A DNA stretch of 64,000 nucleotides from IMG/VR virus record IMGVR_UViG_3300032516_005094; one strand, written 5' to 3'. This DNA is from a virus. Each line of letters starts with the position of its first letter. Position 1 is the stretch's first letter. Below, piece by piece: positions 58,741 through 64,000 of the stretch. The translations under genes were made by a program, and so were the position numbers. The notes beneath the pieces are model-generated. The model saw only the letters and a program-made list of their open reading frames with translations. It ran no database searches and had not been told where the DNA came from.

Positions 58741-58955
58741 ATATTATGCCCTATAATAAAAATACCACCCGAAAAAACCGCTTCAATAATAGACTTCAGA
58801 TACCAAATCAAAAACCCGCCCAGTATTGTTAATACAAAGACGCATAAAATCGCAGTAAAACCTAGCTTTTTCATACGACCTCTAATCTAAGAGGAAATAT
58901 TAAGGGATCGTATATAATCTACTTAAAAGGACGCAAAAGTAAAATACTTAGATGT

Positions 58956-58982
58956 TAAAGTTTTAGGTTAAATAGCCGATAA
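58956..58982 (+). promoter_or_regulatory. sigma28-type promoter (perfect consensus)
   Basis: TAAAGTTT-N11-GCCGATAA, followed by a GGAGG RBS and the ATG at 58996. Confidence 0.85.
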
Positions 58983-58995
58983 GTATCATAGGAGG

Positions 58996-59217
58996 ATGAT
59001 GCTCATGTCATATTTAAAAGCTAGGCTATGGATTTTTCTAGACAAAATATTTATTAAGGAGAAGTCCTATCAGATCATTTCGGATGGGCAGGATGTTAAT
59101 ATTATTGAGGTGAAAGCCCTGTTTCCTTGGCGATGCAGCGCCTTGGTACAGGAGTTGATGGCTACGCATCATAGCCAGCCTAGCCGCTTATACCTTAACG
59201 GCAACAGGCTTATGTGA
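58996..59217 (+). CDS. Hypothetical protein
   Basis: GGAGG RBS, sigma28 promoter. Confidence 0.65.
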   Translation: MMLMSYLKARLWIFLDKIFIKEKSYQIISDGQDVNIIEVKALFPWRCSALVQELMATHHSQPSRLYLNGNRLM

Positions 59218-59218
59218 A

Positions 59219-59875
59219 TTAACTAAGTATTATGTGCTTTTCTACTTGGAAATTTTGCCACAATTGTAAAGCATTAGGCTTAGTAGTTTTACCAGTTATT
59301 AGTTTATTTAATGCTGGAATAACTATTGTTTGCACCTTCGTTAAGTCCTCTTTTTTAAATCCTAAAATTGATACATGCGGACGTTTTGCAAATCCTTTAT
59401 CTTCCGGAGCTGTAAACTTGAATCTCCCCTTTAGATACTTTTTAAATTCTTCTTCTTTTTGTGGGGAATCTAAATCTAACACTAAATAGTTTAAACCGGA
59501 CGAAGGTGCCTCTAAAGTAGAAATTTTCAGCATTTTATAAGTGGGTATATGCGACTTAGCTATGCTTAATACTGATGCAAATTCCTCTATTTTCAATTTA
59601 TCAAACATCCCTATGGAAACGTGACACCAATCATTGCCTTTAGCATTTGGGTTTAAATTAAAACCTTGCTCCAACATTCTGTAGGCGCTGCCCGCGTGCC
59701 GTTCTTGTAATAGATCAAACGGAATATTTGCAGTCTTAAAAAGCCTTAGACTTGTTTGTAGTAAATTTTGAAAAAAATCAGGATCAAACTCCCATGCTAA
59801 TAAAGCCTTAGTGTAGACTTTGTCTGCAATCACCTGATATTTTTGATTTATTTTATTTAAGAAAGTCAAGGACAT
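59219..59875 (-). CDS. Leader-tagged 2H phosphodiesterase (Acb1/LigT-like)
   Basis: Leader MSLTFLNKINQKYQVIAD; two HxS motifs (WCHVSIG, RPHVSIL) with YLVLDLDS between them. Confidence 0.7.
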   Translation of the reverse strand: MSLTFLNKINQKYQVIADKVYTKALLAWEFDPDFFQNLLQTSLRLFKTANIPFDLLQERHAGSAYRMLEQGFNLNPNAKGNDWCHVSIGMFDKLKIEEFASVLSIAKSHIPTYKMLKISTLEAPSSGLNYLVLDLDSPQKEEEFKKYLKGRFKFTAPEDKGFAKRPHVSILGFKKEDLTKVQTIVIPALNKLITGKTTKPNALQLWQNFQVEKHIILS

Positions 59876-59927
59876 ACAGGCGCTCCATAAAAACCCCAAT
59901 TTACACGTTTAGTTGAATCTAATTAAC

Positions 59928-59954
59928 TAAAGTTTTTTTTGTATCTACCGATAA
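59928..59954 (+). promoter_or_regulatory. sigma28-type promoter
   Basis: TAAAGTTT-N11-ACCGATAA, followed by GGAGG and the ATG at 59978. Confidence 0.8.
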
Positions 59955-59977
59955 GTATTAAAGAAGGAGGAAATTAC

Positions 59978-60265
59978 ATGCGTAAGCAAGATGGGGAAAT
60001 TGTGTGGACAGTGGAACAGATGCTTAGGGATGGGCAGGTAGTCCACGTTCTTAGGTTCGAGCGTCAGGTTCAGGGCATGTATGCAGGACAATACCATCCG
60101 TTTTTCTGGACCATGCCTATGATGTTTTTGTCTAACTTCATCGAACCAGACTACGAGCACTGGGAAGCTTATTGTGGTGATGAGCTTATCGACAGCAATA
60201 TAGTTCTGATAAACGGTCGCCTTGCGACTACACAAGAAAAAAGCCAGATGGAAGAAAGTATTTAA
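59978..60265 (+). CDS. Hypothetical protein
   Basis: GGAGG RBS before MRKQDG. Confidence 0.65.
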   Translation: MRKQDGEIVWTVEQMLRDGQVVHVLRFERQVQGMYAGQYHPFFWTMPMMFLSNFIEPDYEHWEAYCGDELIDSNIVLINGRLATTQEKSQMEESI

Positions 60266-60287
60266 ATTATAACGCACAGGTGAACCT

Positions 60288-61268
60288 ATGAAATTGCTAC
60301 TTTTTTTAATCGTGTTGTCTTTCAGTCCTTTATCTTTTGCACAGACAAAGACCTGTGTGGATTTAAGGTCGTCTGAAATTTTCAGAAAAATAGACGAAAC
60401 TACTTATTTAGCTGTTTTTGTTATACATGATATTCGCGGTCGTATGTATACCCGTCAAGAGTTTGCGGTTAAAACAAATAATAACTTTCAACAGGGCGAT
60501 GCCGTATCTTTTTTTGGTGATTTATCAGGTAAACAAAAATTTATGGAAGATGGGTTTGAGAACTCCGTAGATTTGTTCGTAGAAAATATAAAATGCACAA
60601 AGAATTATGAAGATAAACAGGCGAAGTTACATTATCTAGATAAAAAATCGCAAGATATTTATAATATCATAAACAATGAAATTGAAAATGAGGCATCTAT
60701 AAAAAAATTAGATAAATTAATTTCAATATTTCCCGATTCAGATAAACTTTATTTTTTTAAAACTGCTTACGATGCAAGTATTAACGGCATTAACGGAAAA
60801 TTAAAATTTGCAAAATGCATATATAATAAAATTAAGAAAAAAGATGAGTTTAAAGCAATACTACCGTCTAAGGGAATATCTTTAATATCAGAGGTTCAAT
60901 ATAAGAACCTTAATAAAATTAAATTTTTAGTAGAAGATTTGGGTATGCCTATAAATGAATTTTTTGAAGAATATTCAGTAAAAAAGAATCCTTTGAGTAT
61001 AGCGATAATAAATCAAGATTTAGACACTATTAAAAGCGTATTAGCTTTAAAAGCAGACACCAATTTAAAAACAAATGACTACGACACCTACAAAGAAAAT
61101 AATACTGTGTATTTAAAACCAACTGAAATACTTTTACTAAAGTTAAAAGCAATAGAAGACTTCTGTATTAATTCTACAGGAAAAAGTCCGTGTGAACAAA
61201 AAACAGAAGATATCAATCATATAAATGAAATTATGGCGCTGCTTAAACAATACGGAGCCTACAAATAA
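60288..61268 (+). CDS. Exported protein with ankyrin-like repeats
   Basis: Signal peptide; IKFLVEDLGMPIN...KNPLSIAI.NQDLD.IK.VL...ADTN. Confidence 0.55.
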   Translation: MKLLLFLIVLSFSPLSFAQTKTCVDLRSSEIFRKIDETTYLAVFVIHDIRGRMYTRQEFAVKTNNNFQQGDAVSFFGDLSGKQKFMEDGFENSVDLFVENIKCTKNYEDKQAKLHYLDKKSQDIYNIINNEIENEASIKKLDKLISIFPDSDKLYFFKTAYDASINGINGKLKFAKCIYNKIKKKDEFKAILPSKGISLISEVQYKNLNKIKFLVEDLGMPINEFFEEYSVKKNPLSIAIINQDLDTIKSVLALKADTNLKTNDYDTYKENNTVYLKPTEILLLKLKAIEDFCINSTGKSPCEQKTEDINHINEIMALLKQYGAYK

Positions 61269-62314
61269 TAATGCAGCATCATAACTGTAGACGTTATTAT
61301 ATCGGTATAATTATATGCTAAAGATACCTCTAGGTGCGGTCTAGGAAACCATTGTGCTTTAGCCTCCCATTCGTTTATGGTGGTACGCCTTTGATACGAT
61401 CCTACAAGATGTAATCCTTTAAGGATTTCCCAACCGAGTTGGTTAGTTGAAAAAATATCTTGCTGATTTGCTATGTCAAATTCTGTAAGAAGATAAATAT
61501 CTTCAGTCAAACCAAGTAACCCATAGGCACCGTAGTATAAATTCACGCTTGGGTTTTCTAAATCCTGATTGACCAGATAGTAGCTGCTAACTCCTACTTG
61601 CGACTTTTCACCCACGTAACCTGCCAGCCTAGTAGCTATTCCAGTCTCATTAGTCCTAATCGTATAACCTTTCCGGCTACCCATATCTAAAACAGGACTA
61701 GTACCTACTGTAGGCGTAATAAAAATCTCACCTAATTGGTTCTTGTAAGCAAACTCTACGTTATAGCTTTCTTGTCCTTGATCCCAGCCTAGTCCACGCC
61801 TTGTAGCTACCGTGTGGTCATCGAATAAAATTCCGTAGGCTGGAAAAAATTTCCCAAGACGTACACTTAAATTCTCATTTAAATTGACCAATAAATAACT
61901 ACGTCTACTTTCTATCTCGTTTAAATAATAACCAGCAGAGACAGCTAAAGTAACGGTTTTATTTAGACTAACTGCTAACTCTACATCGCGCTGCATCCAG
62001 AAATTATTTTTATTTGTAACTATGTACCTAAAGTCACCACCTATAAGTAACGACAAATCTTCTTTAACTACTGTACGCTCCATAGGTAAATACGGATCTA
62101 GGGCACCGTGTAAAGGCTGTGCTTCTTTTTTATCACTAAAAGTACTTAGAATATCAGCCGCTGTGTCACGCCCATAAGACGTTAAAATACCACCGCCCGT
62201 AGGGCTGATGTGACACGAAGAACAGCTTGAGTACCCTAGTCTGGTATTCGAAGGGAAAGAAAATGCAGAGGTAGAAAGGAGCAGGGAAATAATTACGATT
62301 AAGTTTTTCATCAA
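61259..62314 (-). CDS. Outer-membrane beta-barrel protein with N-terminal CxxCH
   Basis: Signal peptide; GYSSCSSCHISPTGGGILTSYGR; amphipathic strands ending in the aromatic MMLHYYL. Confidence 0.75.
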   Translation of the reverse strand: MMKNLIVIISLLLSTSAFSFPSNTRLGYSSCSSCHISPTGGGILTSYGRDTAADILSTFSDKKEAQPLHGALDPYLPMERTVVKEDLSLLIGGDFRYIVTNKNNFWMQRDVELAVSLNKTVTLAVSAGYYLNEIESRRSYLLVNLNENLSVRLGKFFPAYGILFDDHTVATRRGLGWDQGQESYNVEFAYKNQLGEIFITPTVGTSPVLDMGSRKGYTIRTNETGIATRLAGYVGEKSQVGVSSYYLVNQDLENPSVNLYYGAYGLLGLTEDIYLLTEFDIANQQDIFSTNQLGWEILKGLHLVGSYQRRTTINEWEAKAQWFPRPHLEVSLAYNYTDIITSTVMMLHYYL

Positions 62315-62330
62315 TTACAAACCTATAAAA

Positions 62331-62849
62331 TTATAAATTGGCTTTTACGTTTACAGTAAGCTCATTGGCTACCGTCACACCTAAATGTGACGGGATACCA
62401 ACAGACGGAAAATCAGAAAGTTTAATTTTAAATTTAGCGTCTAATAGTTTTCCTGTCACCGTAAAAATTACATCAACTGGTTTTGTCTCGTCTTTGAGCG
62501 TAAGTAATCCCTTGGCAGTAATTTCTTTACCCTCAAGATATGATTGATTTTTTAAGACCAATTTAGCTTTTGGGTATTTATCTACCATCAAATATTTATT
62601 CTTCATATGCTCATCACGTAACTCTATACCTGTTCTGTAATCTCGTAAGTCTACAGTTAAAGCGCCAGACACTTTTCCACCATCAGCATAAATAACTCCT
62701 TCTGCCGATCCACCTTCGGCATTGATTCTAAGAAAACCTGGATTTCCTACTGCTTGCCAGTCTACTTTATTATTATTTTTATTAAACGTATAAGTAGCTG
62801 CCAAAGCATTTCCGGCAAATAAAAAACCCAAAAATAAAAACTTTTTCAT
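62331..62849 (-). CDS. YceI-like lipid/isoprenoid-binding protein
   Basis: Signal peptide; TGIELRDEHMKNKYL...KYPKA; GLLTLKD.TKPV. Confidence 0.85.
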   Translation of the reverse strand: MKKFLFLGFLFAGNALAATYTFNKNNNKVDWQAVGNPGFLRINAEGGSAEGVIYADGGKVSGALTVDLRDYRTGIELRDEHMKNKYLMVDKYPKAKLVLKNQSYLEGKEITAKGLLTLKDETKPVDVIFTVTGKLLDAKFKIKLSDFPSVGIPSHLGVTVANELTVNVKANL

Positions 62850-62900
62850 ATTTCACTCCTCTCAAAATTTTTGTTCAATTCCGCAATCACGATAAGAATT

Positions 62901-63254
<354 letters not shown>

Positions 63255-63263
63255 ATCAACCTC

Positions 63264-64000
63264 CTATTCTTCATCTTGAAATAAAGCCACATCTTTTATT
63301 AACTGTTGAAGCACTAGTGTAAATTGCTGAAATGTAACCGTACCACCAGTAAGTAATTGTCCAATTTGATTTTTAGCCGTTGGACTTGTATTCAATGCCT
63401 GCGCGAATTCTTCTTTAGTAAGAAATAAAAAGGCTGCAGCACGTTGTGCATCCCAATTGAGCTGTAATTGATCAGTGACCTGAGTAATTGGATCGGCATC
63501 TTGTGCGTCAACACCTATAGTGTTCATAGCACGCGCAAAGGTTTTTCTATCTGCTGCAAAGATTGCCTGGTTAGATGCCGAATTGTGATAAAGCTGCTGT
63601 ACTAACTGCACATCACTGACCGGATTAAACTGTGCTGCGTTAGCATTAACATGATCTAATATTTGATCTTGCATTGAAATTAAACCAGCACTATGACAGC
63701 GAGTACAACTAATAGCGTTTATAATTATAGGTGTTACAGGACTTTTATTATCTGCCACAACAGTGATGGGAGCTTCGTTTTGTCGGGCACCTTTAGCATC
63801 GAATAAAGCATAACCTTGTAAGCCGTTGGGTAACGTGTAAATAACTTCCGATGCATCATGCGTAAAGTTCTCTTGCCCACCAGTTTCGGCTAGTAATGGT
63901 ACTTGGAATAAGTTTTTAGTGTTAATACCATTAAAAGTAATTTGATTATTACCTATAGCTGCAATGGCTGCTGCCGTCATAGTAATTTGGCGCTGACCAG
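63264..64000 (-). CDS. c-type cytochrome domain protein (partial, open to the window edge)
   Basis: HDASEVIYTLPNGLQGY...AISCTRCH; the frame is open beyond the ATG at 63980. Confidence 0.75.
   Translation of the reverse strand, partial: GQRQITMTAAAIAAIGNNQITFNGINTKNLFQVPLLAETGGQENFTHDASEVIYTLPNGLQGYALFDAKGARQNEAPITVVADNKSPVTPIIINAISCTRCHSAGLISMQDQILDHVNANAAQFNPVSDVQLVQQLYHNSASNQAIFAADRKTFARAMNTIGVDAQDADPITQVTDQLQLNWDAQRAAAFLFLTKEEFAQALNTSPTAKNQIGQLLTGGTVTFQQFTLVLQQLIKDVALFQDEE

Overview
AT-rich (about 35% GC by eye) segment of a large tailed-phage genome in the standard genetic code. No capsid, terminase or integrase gene lies in the window. It holds a tail module: chaperone pair with a -1 frameshift site, tape measure, and several 300-2300 aa baseplate/fibre-like proteins sharing a repeated ~70 aa inserted module. 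It also carries tRNA-Leu(TAA), a DNA methyltransferase, dUTPase, a SNF2 helicase, HNH and GIY-YIG nucleases, RmlB and glycosyltransferases, a secreted subtilase, and a YceI/c-type cytochrome/beta-barrel cluster at the right end. The host-like genes suggest a Bdellovibrionota-type host (inference). The most striking unexplained signal is a shared N-terminal leader (M-x-F-L-x-K-[VI]-(x-x-K-Y-x)-[LVI]-x-[AS]) on 14 otherwise unrelated ORFs. Their cargo domains include two ART-like folds, an Acb1-like 2H phosphodiesterase and a ParB-like domain. Many of these ORFs sit behind a TAGATTAA motif also found before structural genes, and a dispersed LRR-tail/leader DNA cassette may donate the leader. This looks like a system for packaging effectors into the virion. 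Separately, several genes at 53-60 kb have sigma28 (FliA) consensus promoters. All protein family calls come from motif recognition, not database searches.
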